Sequence record: LR745208.1
Length of the DNA: 64,000 nucleotides
Reading direction: 5' to 3' (one strand)
The notes beneath the pieces are model-generated. The model was not told the origin of the DNA, made no database searches, and saw nothing but the letters and a program-made list of their open reading frames with translations. How positions within the stretch are numbered: the stretch's first letter is position 1; the number at the start of each line of letters is the position of its first letter. This document shows, in pieces, positions 29,566 through 39,126 of the stretch. Both the position numbers and the translations under genes were made by a program.

Positions 29566-30953
29566 TAGGGTCGCCTCGCCGCGATGTTAGCCCCGGTCCC
29601 GGTATTGAATCGGACCTGTAGGGACTCCGTTACCCCTGCCTCATCCGTAGCCATTGGCAACGCAGCATCTGGCGTAACTGGCCATGCTGGATCCTCACGA
29701 GCATCATAGGTCTCCCGGAGAGGGGAATACGTGTACCGAGTCTGTGGCCAAGGCAGGTTCGGGGACACTAGTGTGCCGTCAATAGGCACTGAATACCTGA
29801 CATCTGGAGAGTCCAAATACTGGATGTTGAAATGCTGTTGCATCACGTTCCCTCGATTGGTTGGCCTGCGGACTGGACCAATCGAATAGCGGTCATTGTT
29901 CTGCTTGACAATGAAGTCCCTCTGGGAAACAATTGGGGTGTAAGACATCCATACTTCGTAGGTATGTTCCTTCCTGCGGCCAGTAGGGGTCTGTGAGATC
30001 CGCCTCTCAGCATCATCGGGGGCAATGATAATGTCATAACCCCCCTCATACCCCCCCACATATCCTACACCGTAGCATATGGTGCACCGATTACTGGGCT
30101 GCTTGTTGTAGGTCCGAGACCGCTCATCCTCATTCAATCGGCACAAGCAGGGAACCCCATTAACCTTCATTACAAACAGCTTCACCCGTTCCCCACCTTG
30201 CTCTAGAATCCACCTATTCCTCCTAATCCCCTCCCGCCAGATGTAGTCCAGCTGCTCAATCTGCATATCGGAAGCTGGGGCCGTGACATTCAAGGGGGTC
30301 TCTACTAGGCCCCCGGGCTGGGTGGCATCCTCTGCCACAGTTGTGACTCGGTAGAATGACTTCTTGTCCACCCCCGGAGACACGATATTTTGCAACGTGT
30401 AATAGGTGATAGTTACTACGCTGTCCACACTAATAGGCAGTGGTGCCCTCACGTAGCGGTCACTCTGGGGGTCTATCTGAATCGTAGTATCCAGGGTGAC
30501 TTCCCCAGTCGGCCCAAACACATCTACCACCCAAGCCTGGACCCCATCCACCATCACCTGAACGTCCTGTGGGGCATTGGCCAGGACCCCTTGAGTGCGT
30601 GGTTTGTAGATTGGCAATCTAGTCTTTAGGGTCCACCGACCCAGATTGGCAGCATCCCCCTTTGCTTGCCATCCTGTATCCCACAGAATGGTCTCCAGAC
30701 TTACCAGAGACACATCAGTGAAGTCCCTGAAGAAGGACCCACTCACCGGGTAGGAGTTCAACCTCCGGAACGGGCCACGATCTGAAGAAATAGACTTATA
30801 TACGTTGACCCCCAGAACGGACCACCCGGAGTTGGCCCCCAATAGAGAGGGGTCATCCCAACGGATGTCCAGAACCCCCTTTTCAAAGGGGGATACTACC
30901 AACACATTGGTTGGTGGAGAGGGGTATAGGGCTGCTATCCATCCTTCGGTCAT
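29565..30953 (-). CDS. Head-closure/neck protein with N-terminal fibronectin-like domain (462 aa)
   Basis: PCLCR...RCTICYGVGYVGGY zinc motif typical of myovirus head-completion proteins; DFIVKQNNDRYSI. Confidence 0.5.
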   Translation of the reverse strand: MTEGWIAALYPSPPTNVLVVSPFEKGVLDIRWDDPSLLGANSGWSVLGVNVYKSISSDRGPFRRLNSYPVSGSFFRDFTDVSLVSLETILWDTGWQAKGDAANLGRWTLKTRLPIYKPRTQGVLANAPQDVQVMVDGVQAWVVDVFGPTGEVTLDTTIQIDPQSDRYVRAPLPISVDSVVTITYYTLQNIVSPGVDKKSFYRVTTVAEDATQPGGLVETPLNVTAPASDMQIEQLDYIWREGIRRNRWILEQGGERVKLFVMKVNGVPCLCRLNEDERSRTYNKQPSNRCTICYGVGYVGGYEGGYDIIIAPDDAERRISQTPTGRRKEHTYEVWMSYTPIVSQRDFIVKQNNDRYSIGPVRRPTNRGNVMQQHFNIQYLDSPDVRYSVPIDGTLVSPNLPWPQTRYTYSPLRETYDAREDPAWPVTPDAALPMATDEAGVTESLQVRFNTGTGANIAARRP

Positions 30954-30992
30954 AGGGGTCCCATGACTAACGGACTAGAGCCTGAATACCGC

Positions 30993-31349
30993 CTAAGGCT
31001 GAATGACAGGAGGCGAGGCGGAGGGTTGGGTCACCGTTGTGACAGGCTGGCCCGTCTTGGGATCCAGAATCACGACAGTGCCATCCTGGGACATCTGCCA
31101 GGGGGTACCAGCTGGAATCTTCAACCGGGCTCCCGCCCCATTCATCACTTGCTGAGCACGGTCCTCAATGCCACCCAGCTGGACAATCAGGCGTTGCTTG
31201 CGAACTTCTGTTTGCCCAATTATGGAAACCAGTTCCTGGGCTTCCTTGTGGAAGTTAACTAGCGAGCTAACTTCCTCTGGGCTCAACTTCATCTCTATCT
31301 CAACGGGCGTTTCAGTAACTTCTGTGTTCAGTTCCGTAGCATTCGTCAT
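30993..31349 (-). CDS. Hypothetical coiled-coil protein
   Basis: Acidic helical ORF in operon context; start placed at MTNATE. Confidence 0.55.
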   Translation of the reverse strand: MTNATELNTEVTETPVEIEMKLSPEEVSSLVNFHKEAQELVSIIGQTEVRKQRLIVQLGGIEDRAQQVMNGAGARLKIPAGTPWQMSQDGTVVILDPKTGQPVTTVTQPSASPPVIQP

Positions 31350-31668
31350 CGGCTTCATTCCTCTCGGGTGGTGTTACCGCGTTTGCGGTTACCAGCACCT
31401 TACCCCGAAAAGAGCCTCTGAAGCACCGCATACGAATGGAAAGATCAGAAATCTCTGCTCTGAGCCCAGCGACTTGGCCCCTCTGATCCCGGGTCACCTG
31501 ATCTAGCCTCACCACATTCTCTCGCATTGCGTCATCGGAACGAACTTGTGGGACCCGACTGGAGGCATCTGCACTTCGAGAAGTGGCATACATGGGCACG
31601 GAAACCACTGAAAGGATCACACCCAGGGAAAAAAGTATCCCCAATGTTGTTTTACCATGGAAAGTCAT
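31312..31668 (-). CDS. Single-TM coiled-coil membrane protein (118 aa)
   Basis: N-terminal hydrophobic helix LGILFSLGVILSVVSVPMYA, then a coiled coil and two Cys; ATGA overlap with the upstream gene. Confidence 0.55.
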   Translation of the reverse strand: MTFHGKTTLGILFSLGVILSVVSVPMYATSRSADASSRVPQVRSDDAMRENVVRLDQVTRDQRGQVAGLRAEISDLSIRMRCFRGSFRGKVLVTANAVTPPERNEADDECYGTEHRSY

Positions 31669-31985
31669 TGACGTACTCCAGAACGTGTGTCAGCCGCAAT
31701 CCGCTCCCGAATGAACTCCAGGATTGTGCGAAGCTCCCGAATTTGGGCATTAGTGTCGGTCGCTGTGATCGCCACCTGATTAACCCTGGACGTGATGGCC
31801 TCAATCTGTTGTTGGTTTTCGTCCAGACGGTGTTGGGCCTGGGCAACTCGTTCCTTCTGGACCGAGACATCCGTGTACACGGAGATACCCATCGCCATAA
31901 TGGGGATAATCAGGATAGACAGGAATTTGAACCCGAGGTCTACCCAATTGACCGACTGGTTTGCAGGAGGTGCCATTAGTCCCAT
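31665..31985 (-). CDS. Single-TM coiled-coil membrane protein, holin/XhlA-like (106 aa)
   Basis: FKFLSILIIPIMAMGISVY followed by a heptad-rich segment. Confidence 0.5.
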   Translation of the reverse strand: MGLMAPPANQSVNWVDLGFKFLSILIIPIMAMGISVYTDVSVQKERVAQAQHRLDENQQQIEAITSRVNQVAITATDTNAQIRELRTILEFIRERIAADTRSGVRQ

Positions 31986-32494
31986 CCCTCTATATTAATA
32001 GGAGGGTCATTGAATTCCGACATCATGTCCGAAACCACCCGCTCGGAAATGTCCAACCCAGCCTCGTCATCCAATAGGGCGAAGAAGGTCTCAATATCCT
32101 GTGGCTCCAGGAAGTACACATCTTTCAGGAAGTCCTCATAGTCAGCCCTCAGGTCCTCCTCAGGCTCTGACAGCAGGCAATAGACTACCTCCTGGCCCTC
32201 AATACCCGTCAGAACCCCATCCCCCCAGTTGTGGGACCAGAATGGGATCTGAACAGACAAGGACCCCATAATCCTATGGAACCGCTCTGGATGTAGGCGC
32301 CGAAGCTTTTGCTTCCGCTTGAACATCGGATTATTCTTCATCCGGCGATACCGCTTGCGGGACCGTTGAAGGTTCTTAACCCGATTCTTCCTGTAGTTTC
32401 GCTTAGTTTGCGTCCGTGCCATACCTCGCTGTCTGTGCTGGCGTTGAAACGCCTCAACAATACGTGGTATGGAGGGGGAAACCGGGTCGGCCAT
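31976..32494 (-). CDS. Hypothetical protein with basic N-half and acidic C-half (172 aa)
   Basis: ORF in operon; RTQTKRNYRKNRVKNLQRSRKRYRR basic patch. Confidence 0.55.
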   Translation of the reverse strand: MADPVSPSIPRIVEAFQRQHRQRGMARTQTKRNYRKNRVKNLQRSRKRYRRMKNNPMFKRKQKLRRLHPERFHRIMGSLSVQIPFWSHNWGDGVLTGIEGQEVVYCLLSEPEEDLRADYEDFLKDVYFLEPQDIETFFALLDDEAGLDISERVVSDMMSEFNDPPINIEGWD

Positions 32495-32531
32495 ATGAGG
32501 TATGGCTTAAAGGTGGGATACCGAGATTGGG

Positions 32532-35003
32532 CTAGTTTCGAGTGAAATTTTCGCCCTTGACGTAGACGGTAATGACCACCCCATCAGGCAGGACAAAGAA
32601 GGTACCCTCTTCAGTCTCGTCCTTGGAGAGCTTGGCATTCGGGTAGGCGGTGGCGAACTGCTCGGCCGTCATGGACTTGGCATTGAGGGAATCTGGAACC
32701 AGCCCGGTTGCCCCGACGTAGAAGGCCAGTGGCCGAACCCGATCATAGATACCCTCGATGGCCTTGTTGACTTGGATGTTGGCATCTGTAGCTGCTGCCA
32801 CGATGGCATCCTTGTCCCCCCCATGGAGAGTCTTCAGGAAGGTGTCCGGGTCAGTGACACCGGCCACCTTGAGGACAGTCTTGACATCTGCACCACCCCC
32901 CAGCCCGAGGACCCCCTCGTAAATGGGATAGGAGAGAGTATCCACTGCATCCAACACAGTCTTAGATGAAAGCTTCTTGATGTCCCACTTAGCTTTGGGG
33001 GTCAGAAGCTGCCCTACAGTCGCCTTCTCGACTGCTTTTCCGGCAACCCCCAGGGTGAACCGCCTCTGGAGGTACTCATTCCCTGACTTGAGCTTGGACA
33101 CCGATGTCAACTCTGGCACCCCCACATTGATCTTGTAGGACAGCCGTGTATCCACCTTGCCAGTTGCCATGGCATCGGCCAGATCTGAATACTCATTGGT
33201 CGTGGGCGGAGAGAAGTTCAGGGAGGCAGACAGGTGGTGGGCCTTAAGCTCTGCTACCTGTTGGGTCGTCAGGGAGGTGGACTCCCCCTTGACCAGTTCT
33301 GACAGGATCTTGGACAGAACCGTCATCTTTGCCAAATCCTGAAGAGTGCCCTTGTCAATCCCACTGTTGTAGTTCATGTCGTAGTCCACCAGTGGCAGCT
33401 TGGACAGGTCCAAATCGAACTCAGCTCCCGGGGTGTACTCCCCTGACACAAGCCCAATATCCTTGAGGTCCTTGAAGCACCTCTTGTCAGTGGTTCGCAT
33501 CGGAAGGGCTGGCAGGTTGAGCTGCCCATCTCCCACTAGGGTGTAGGAATTGAAGTTGGTCAGGTCCAAGTTCACACCAGAGACGGAGGCAATCCGGTTA
33601 TTGGTCCCCGTACTGTAGAGATCAATTGGCTGGGCCAAGAGCATATTGGCCGTGGCTGTATTCCTATTGAGCTCAAACTTACCCACCGAAGCCCACCCAT
33701 CTGGGTCCCGAAGTCGGGACTCCACTGTGGGCACCTGAATGCTCCCGTCCTTCTGGCGTGTGCCTGGAATCTTCTTAATCCCACGACGCTTGTAGCTTGC
33801 TGACATCTTCTTGACGTTGACGGACAGCGAGCTGTGGTGCTTCTGTAGCACCGAGAACACCGTGAGGAGGGAGGGTCCAGTGGAAGTCAAACCATAGGTC
33901 TCCGTGGGTTTGTAGGAGGTCAGGTCGAACAGGTACCCCTCAACCGCTGCAGCAAATGCTGCCACATCCGAGGAAACCAATGCCTTTGCATGGGACGCAA
34001 GGAGTTCCCCACATCGTGTGGCCACCATGGCATACTTGGCGATATTGAGGTTGCCCTCCGAAATCTGAGTGCGGCAGTAGGCAAAAATGGGAGCCACCTC
34101 TACACTGGTATCCCCTGCCACAGGTGCTGGAATGGCCTTATACTCATCCTCTGAGATCTCGAAATACCGGAAGGCCACCTTGTCATCCGTTGCCGCTAGG
34201 CCCTGGACGGTCATGGTATCCTTGGACCCCAGGAGCTTGCGGGCCGACCGAGACACAAACGCCACGTAGTCTGCATCCCCCTTCCCTACCTCCAGGGCCG
34301 GGGACAGAGACCCCGTAAGGAGCTTGGTTGTGTCATAGATGGCTGAGTACACCTGACGAATGTCTCTAGCCTGGATGCACACCCCGGAGAGGGCGTTGCT
34401 GATCGAGCTGAGTAGCCCGAAGTCACAGTAATCCCGATAGGCGATGGTATTGGCAAACAGATTGGCATGGGTCTTTAGCTTAGTCACCACTGCTTGGATT
34501 GCCTTGCTCTCCGAAGTTGGGGAGTAGTCATTGGCAAACCCGTCCGTGTGAAGGGTCACACAGGTCATTTCCTTGTCATCCACAAGGGTCTCAGCCATTG
34601 CCAGCCCCTGTGAGATGCAGGTCATTGCCGTCGCCCGAATGGCTCGAATCTCCGCAAGATACGGAGATGATGTCTTCATCACATCCGCAACGGTGACCTT
34701 GGCGAAATGCAGCTTGACATCCCCTTGTGAGGAGTAGGTGATCAGGGACACCCGCAGAGATGGGTCATTGAACTCCGTCAGCGTGAGGAGCTTCTCTATT
34801 GTTGAGCGAATATCTGGCATATCCGCATGCATCGATCCGCTCCTGTCTACTACCAAGACGTGATGAGAGGGCTTCTTGACAGGTACCGTCGCCTGAGTGG
34901 CCAGATCCTCCCTCTTAACCAGAAAGAACTTGGTGGGCTTACCTGCAAATGTGTGAAGTGCGAACTTAGACGTATTGCTGTTGGATGATCTGCCGTGTGC
35001 CAT
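32532..35003 (-). CDS. vWA domain protein (823 aa)
   Basis: MIDAS motif VVDRSGSM, conserved T (TAMTCISQGL) and TDG (LHTDGFAN); GAGGA SD. Confidence 0.85.
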   Translation of the reverse strand: MAHGRSSNSNTSKFALHTFAGKPTKFFLVKREDLATQATVPVKKPSHHVLVVDRSGSMHADMPDIRSTIEKLLTLTEFNDPSLRVSLITYSSQGDVKLHFAKVTVADVMKTSSPYLAEIRAIRATAMTCISQGLAMAETLVDDKEMTCVTLHTDGFANDYSPTSESKAIQAVVTKLKTHANLFANTIAYRDYCDFGLLSSISNALSGVCIQARDIRQVYSAIYDTTKLLTGSLSPALEVGKGDADYVAFVSRSARKLLGSKDTMTVQGLAATDDKVAFRYFEISEDEYKAIPAPVAGDTSVEVAPIFAYCRTQISEGNLNIAKYAMVATRCGELLASHAKALVSSDVAAFAAAVEGYLFDLTSYKPTETYGLTSTGPSLLTVFSVLQKHHSSLSVNVKKMSASYKRRGIKKIPGTRQKDGSIQVPTVESRLRDPDGWASVGKFELNRNTATANMLLAQPIDLYSTGTNNRIASVSGVNLDLTNFNSYTLVGDGQLNLPALPMRTTDKRCFKDLKDIGLVSGEYTPGAEFDLDLSKLPLVDYDMNYNSGIDKGTLQDLAKMTVLSKILSELVKGESTSLTTQQVAELKAHHLSASLNFSPPTTNEYSDLADAMATGKVDTRLSYKINVGVPELTSVSKLKSGNEYLQRRFTLGVAGKAVEKATVGQLLTPKAKWDIKKLSSKTVLDAVDTLSYPIYEGVLGLGGGADVKTVLKVAGVTDPDTFLKTLHGGDKDAIVAAATDANIQVNKAIEGIYDRVRPLAFYVGATGLVPDSLNAKSMTAEQFATAYPNAKLSKDETEEGTFFVLPDGVVITVYVKGENFTRN

Positions 35004-35080
35004 TTGTGTTTCCTCGATTAGGTTACACTACCCAGGAGGCACCAGACCACAAATGGCAAAAGGGAGTGACAGGTAATGTC

Positions 35081-35341
35081 CTAAACTGGAACCCGCTTCT
35101 TCCGGCAATTGATGTCATGTCCGCGGCACTGCATGGTAGCGGAAGGAAGGGATTTGGCCCAAGAGAACCACTCGCAAGTGGAGTTCTCCTCATGTCTCGC
35201 CAACCACACCAAACCTACATCCCGCACCCGCTCCGCCAGGAGATCCGGGTCATGGTAGCGAACTTCGTATCCCTGAGGAAGCCTAGGCTCCGTCTGAGGG
35301 GTCGTGAGTTTCGGGGGGTTGGATCCACGGGGGGGCATCAT
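35081..35341 (-). CDS. Hypothetical protein (86 aa)
   Basis: ATGA overlap with the upstream gene; fills the gap before the vWA gene. Confidence 0.4.
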   Translation of the reverse strand: MMPPRGSNPPKLTTPQTEPRLPQGYEVRYHDPDLLAERVRDVGLVWLARHEENSTCEWFSWAKSLPSATMQCRGHDINCRKKRVPV

Positions 35342-35784
35342 TTCCTCTTATCAAACAGATCACTGAAGTCGTCAAAAGCTGTTTCCTTTGACTTGATTTC
35401 TGGCCTGATCTCGGGATCTGGATTTGCTGTGGGGGTATATGTCATGCCATAAGGGATTGTGTCTTTTAGCACAATTTCCATCTCAGGGATATCTTCCCAC
35501 GTATCGAAGGGCATCATCTTCACAAACCTACGATAACCATAGGCTTCCAGGATCAACTGTCTCAAGTCCGCCCTAATATCATTGGCAAAGGAGGAGCAAA
35601 TTCGGTCGATCTCCGATTCAGCCTCTATGTCCGTAGACCCAAGATGCCCCTTGATAACTCTTCGACGTTCCAGCAATGCTGAGAGACGAGCAGTCAACTT
35701 CATCTGGTAAGAAGCAATCAGATGAACAGGACCACCAATATTCTCCAACTCTTGAGTGGGGGTTTTCTTGGGGCCTGTGCTCAT
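35338..35784 (-). CDS. Hypothetical protein (148 aa)
   Basis: Helical ORF in operon context. Confidence 0.55.
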   Translation of the reverse strand: MSTGPKKTPTQELENIGGPVHLIASYQMKLTARLSALLERRRVIKGHLGSTDIEAESEIDRICSSFANDIRADLRQLILEAYGYRRFVKMMPFDTWEDIPEMEIVLKDTIPYGMTYTPTANPDPEIRPEIKSKETAFDDFSDLFDKRK

Positions 35785-35807
35785 ACTTCAGTAAAGGTAT
35801 GACTACT

Positions 35808-36608
35808 TCACCGAGCCATGAAGGGCTTCCCCATGAGGGCCAAGGAGCCTTCCAATTGAGGCATCTGCTCGTAATGGGCTGCCCTGAGGGCCACATTCAG
35901 GTTTGTCACCACCTGTGTCATCGGGGCTCCAGGACTCCGTACCAGTTCCTTCAACAGGTAGTACGTACAGGCCCCGTTGTATCGGCCATTGATGAAGGCA
36001 TCAGCCGATGTCTGGTTGCTCTTGCACCCACTGATCAGAGCCACGTTGAGGGGCACTCCCGGCATCCCAAGACCCATTCCCTGTGGGGTGATACCCGCCT
36101 CCTTGGCCGTCTGGACCCCCCAGCTAATGTCCTCAGGCATTGGCATCGAACGGGGAACGGAGTTGCTGAAGGAGCGATCCAGCGTTCCACTGTGACAACT
36201 ATCGGAAACCCATACAAAATTCACCCCGACTGGCACTTTGGAGAACATCTGATTGAACTCCTTATCCCGAATCATCGTGTCATCAGACCAGTTGAAGTTT
36301 TGAGGGCAAATTGCCTCATCCAAATTGTCCACTTCTCCCGCGGGGTTACGAGTGGGGACCTGCACCCCATGCCCTGAAAAATGGAAGAACAACCTATCCC
36401 CTGGCTTGGCTCCGTCCACCAACCAGTGCAACCTGTCGACAATTGCCTGCTTGGTCGCCCGACCATCCACCAAGAGCCGAATGTTGGCCCTCGGCATGGT
36501 ACAATGGTCCATCAGATAGTGGGCCATGTCTGTGATATCGTTGACACACCCATTAAGAGGGCAGCCTGGGTACTTGTTGATCCCAACCATCAAAGATTTA
36601 TCAGTCAT
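35808..36608 (-). CDS. Metacaspase / peptidase C14 (caspase-like)
   Basis: ALxxGINxY-like KSLMVGINKY, LNGCVND, catalytic His in HFSGHG, catalytic Cys in DSCHSG, SGCKSNQTSAD, QMPQLEG. Start placed at MTDKS. Confidence 0.92.
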   Translation of the reverse strand: MTDKSLMVGINKYPGCPLNGCVNDITDMAHYLMDHCTMPRANIRLLVDGRATKQAIVDRLHWLVDGAKPGDRLFFHFSGHGVQVPTRNPAGEVDNLDEAICPQNFNWSDDTMIRDKEFNQMFSKVPVGVNFVWVSDSCHSGTLDRSFSNSVPRSMPMPEDISWGVQTAKEAGITPQGMGLGMPGVPLNVALISGCKSNQTSADAFINGRYNGACTYYLLKELVRSPGAPMTQVVTNLNVALRAAHYEQMPQLEGSLALMGKPFMAR

Positions 36609-36631
36609 GCTAGAGCCCGATGATAGACGGC

Positions 36632-37165
36632 CTAATGAGAAACGAACGGGATACACCTGTAACTGAGTCGGCGCCCGGCACCCACCAAAAAGGAAACCCC
36701 AGTCCGCTTCCAGATCTCGGTTGTGAGGGCCAGACGGGCCTCCTCATCCATGTCATCGAGGATATGCTCGGTATAGAACTTGTGGGTCAGGGAGGGCCCC
36801 TCAGGACGTGGCTCCCCAGGAGTGCAGATCCCGTTCACGTAGTGGGCACTGCGGACTGTAGGCACACCAGCTAATGGGTTGGGAATGCCAGACACATACA
36901 GCTTGTGGGGCCAGCCATACTTCCAGTCTGCCACTTCCATGGTGATCAGGTCGGGATGTGCCTGTGTGAGGTTGAACAGGTCCTCGGGGTTCAAAGATCC
37001 ACAATAATCGCAGGTCCTGAAGGGGTAGATGTAAGGCCCATAGTCATCGGGACGGGCAACACAGCCCTTCGCCGACACCTCAGGTGCCCGCCATAGCCCC
37101 TTGGCTAGATGAATGAATGGACTGGGAGTTCCCTCGTGACAAGTATGTCGGTCTGGCCATCGCAT
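36632..37165 (-). CDS. Hypothetical protein with CxxC motif (177 aa)
   Basis: RTCDYCGSL...ADWKYGWPHKLY; ORF in operon. Confidence 0.55.
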   Translation of the reverse strand: MRWPDRHTCHEGTPSPFIHLAKGLWRAPEVSAKGCVARPDDYGPYIYPFRTCDYCGSLNPEDLFNLTQAHPDLITMEVADWKYGWPHKLYVSGIPNPLAGVPTVRSAHYVNGICTPGEPRPEGPSLTHKFYTEHILDDMDEEARLALTTEIWKRTGVSFLVGAGRRLSYRCIPFVSH

Positions 37166-37194
37166 GATGGACCATACCCACCATCCCAGGAGCC

Positions 37195-38679
37195 CTAGCT
37201 ATCTGAAATGCTGTAGGGGGCTGGCTTGGCCCGGAGAGCCTGTTTGCGGTGGCTTGCCCGCATCTCCGCGTGGTGCTTGGCGTCATCGGTCTCCCCCACA
37301 GCCTCATATGCCTGTTGGGCCATGTGATGGGCATGGGCAGCATCGAAATGCTGCTCCTTGTCAAAATCCTCCTCATCAGAGGCCATGGAGAGTTCGTTGG
37401 CCAAGTTGGCCCACTGGAGAGCTGATTTGCCCTTGAACAACTTGGATGACTGCAAATACTTGGAGGCTATTCTGGCAGCAGATTGGGACATGACTACTCC
37501 TCCTGACTCTCTCGAAGCCATCGTGGTCAATTCCGCTGGGGTGAACACCGCTTGAACAATGTCCGATGCCTTGGCCCATTCGACCCGGGCATCATAGCCC
37601 GCAACAGGTCCCAGCATGGAGGGTTGCTGTCGCCAATTGTCCAAATGTTTCAACTTCCCACCCAGCCTCGAAACCACAGACCCAATGGCTGGGCGAATAT
37701 CCTCCGGCTCCTCCCCACGAGCCAAAGCACTACGGTCCAACAACTCCCCATAGAAGGTTAGGGCACTTGAAAAAACGGCACCCTTAGCGATGAACTCGGG
37801 GAAGATTTCAAGGAGCCCCACACTTGGTGCATTCCTATTGAGGTAAACCTGAATTATGTCCTCCAGCTCCTCGCTGAATGGACTGTACAGTGCCCTATCA
37901 TCCAGGAAGAATTCCTTAGGCATTCGAGTCACAAGTGCGCCCAAAACCAACTCCGGCGTTGGTGCCTTCAGTTTCTTTAGGACAGCCCAGATTCCGGCCC
38001 CAACCCCCTCTGACAACCACTTCTTGTTCTCGGGCCGAGAGAAGTACTTGACCAGCCAATTCTGGACCGTCCCCGTCAATGCAGCTTGATGCCTCGCGGC
38101 TACCCTGGCTGCTTGAGAACCCATTGACACATTCTTTCTATCATCTCCGACCCAGAACCCCACCTCATTGAAGGCCACCGGAACCGCGTCCACCCTCTGT
38201 AGGGGCATATCAGCATCCTTGGGCGTGTAAGACAGGGTCATGTGAGGAGTATACCCATGGTTATCTTTCCAGGTCACCCCAAGGATCTTGAGAGCTTGGC
38301 CCACCCGGTCCCGGAACTCATTGAGCCCTGGCACATCCACACTGAGGAAGACCGGGTCTCCCCCATCCTCAGCCTGCCCAGCAAACCGCCCAATACCTCC
38401 CAGGACCCCCACTAAAGGCTGACTGGAGGCTGCTACCTCTCGGAGGACACCCAAAATAGCGTCGGGTGATACCGCAAGGTCAGCTGCCTTACCAAGGGCG
38501 AACAGGGTAATGTGCAGGTTTTCCACGGGCTCTGCACCCTCCCCCTCCAAGACAACCTGATTGGCTACCTCAACGGGAATGGGCAGACAGATCATCGATC
38601 CAGTATGGGCTGCCTCAAGAGCCCTACGAGCTACTTTGTGCACCAACAGGGTGTGCATTATGGGGTCCCACACGGGCAT
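37195..38679 (-). CDS. Multidomain protein with N-terminal 2H phosphoesterase (2'-5' RNA ligase/Acb1-like) domain
   Basis: Two HxT motifs, NLHITLF (~38501-38520) and TPHMTLSY (~38227-38250), with typical spacing; two further unknown domains. Start ATG 38679 (TTG 38688 or ATG 38658 possible). Confidence 0.85.
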   Translation of the reverse strand: MPVWDPIMHTLLVHKVARRALEAAHTGSMICLPIPVEVANQVVLEGEGAEPVENLHITLFALGKAADLAVSPDAILGVLREVAASSQPLVGVLGGIGRFAGQAEDGGDPVFLSVDVPGLNEFRDRVGQALKILGVTWKDNHGYTPHMTLSYTPKDADMPLQRVDAVPVAFNEVGFWVGDDRKNVSMGSQAARVAARHQAALTGTVQNWLVKYFSRPENKKWLSEGVGAGIWAVLKKLKAPTPELVLGALVTRMPKEFFLDDRALYSPFSEELEDIIQVYLNRNAPSVGLLEIFPEFIAKGAVFSSALTFYGELLDRSALARGEEPEDIRPAIGSVVSRLGGKLKHLDNWRQQPSMLGPVAGYDARVEWAKASDIVQAVFTPAELTTMASRESGGVVMSQSAARIASKYLQSSKLFKGKSALQWANLANELSMASDEEDFDKEQHFDAAHAHHMAQQAYEAVGETDDAKHHAEMRASHRKQALRAKPAPYSISDS

Positions 38680-38706
38680 CTCTCTCAATGGGTCGGGATA
38701 GGCCAG

Positions 38707-39120
38707 TTAACCGCCCGGCTGGAACGTGGTGATCTCCTGCTCAATAATGAGGTCCCTCAAATTTGGGTGTAGATGCCGCATCTTAGCCACCAAGATCCTG
38801 TTGTGTACTAGAATGTCCTTAGGGGCAACAATCGCTGTTCGAATGAGGATGTCATCACTGTCATTGAAGGAGGCGTTTAGCACGTCCCCAATATTGTCCA
38901 CCCAAGAGAGCAGGAGCTTGGATTTCTCAGGGCCAGGGTTTTCAACGTATCGCCAAAGCTGGATTGGGGATGTGGGTCGGAAAGGGGACAACTCCTCAAT
39001 AACCCTCTGTGGAGGAAGCCCCCGGGGTGCATGTAGCATCCACTCCTGAAGCCAGCCCATAGTTTCTTGGGATAGAGGCTTCAAAATCGCCCTTGCTGCC
39101 ACCCGTTCTACCAAGCCCAT
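38707..39120 (-). CDS. Hypothetical protein with N-terminal RVAAR motif (137 aa)
   Basis: MGLVERVAARAIL...; ORF in operon. Confidence 0.55.
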   Translation of the reverse strand: MGLVERVAARAILKPLSQETMGWLQEWMLHAPRGLPPQRVIEELSPFRPTSPIQLWRYVENPGPEKSKLLLSWVDNIGDVLNASFNDSDDILIRTAIVAPKDILVHNRILVAKMRHLHPNLRDLIIEQEITTFQPGG

Positions 39121-39126
39121 AGCAGG

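Noticed and set aside
2980-30953. Bacterial extracellular contractile injection system rather than phage
   Set aside because: Neck/adaptor-like and fibre genes, multiple homing endonucleases, a split intein and early-type accessory genes fit a phage better. No capsid or terminase lies in the window, so this rests on context.
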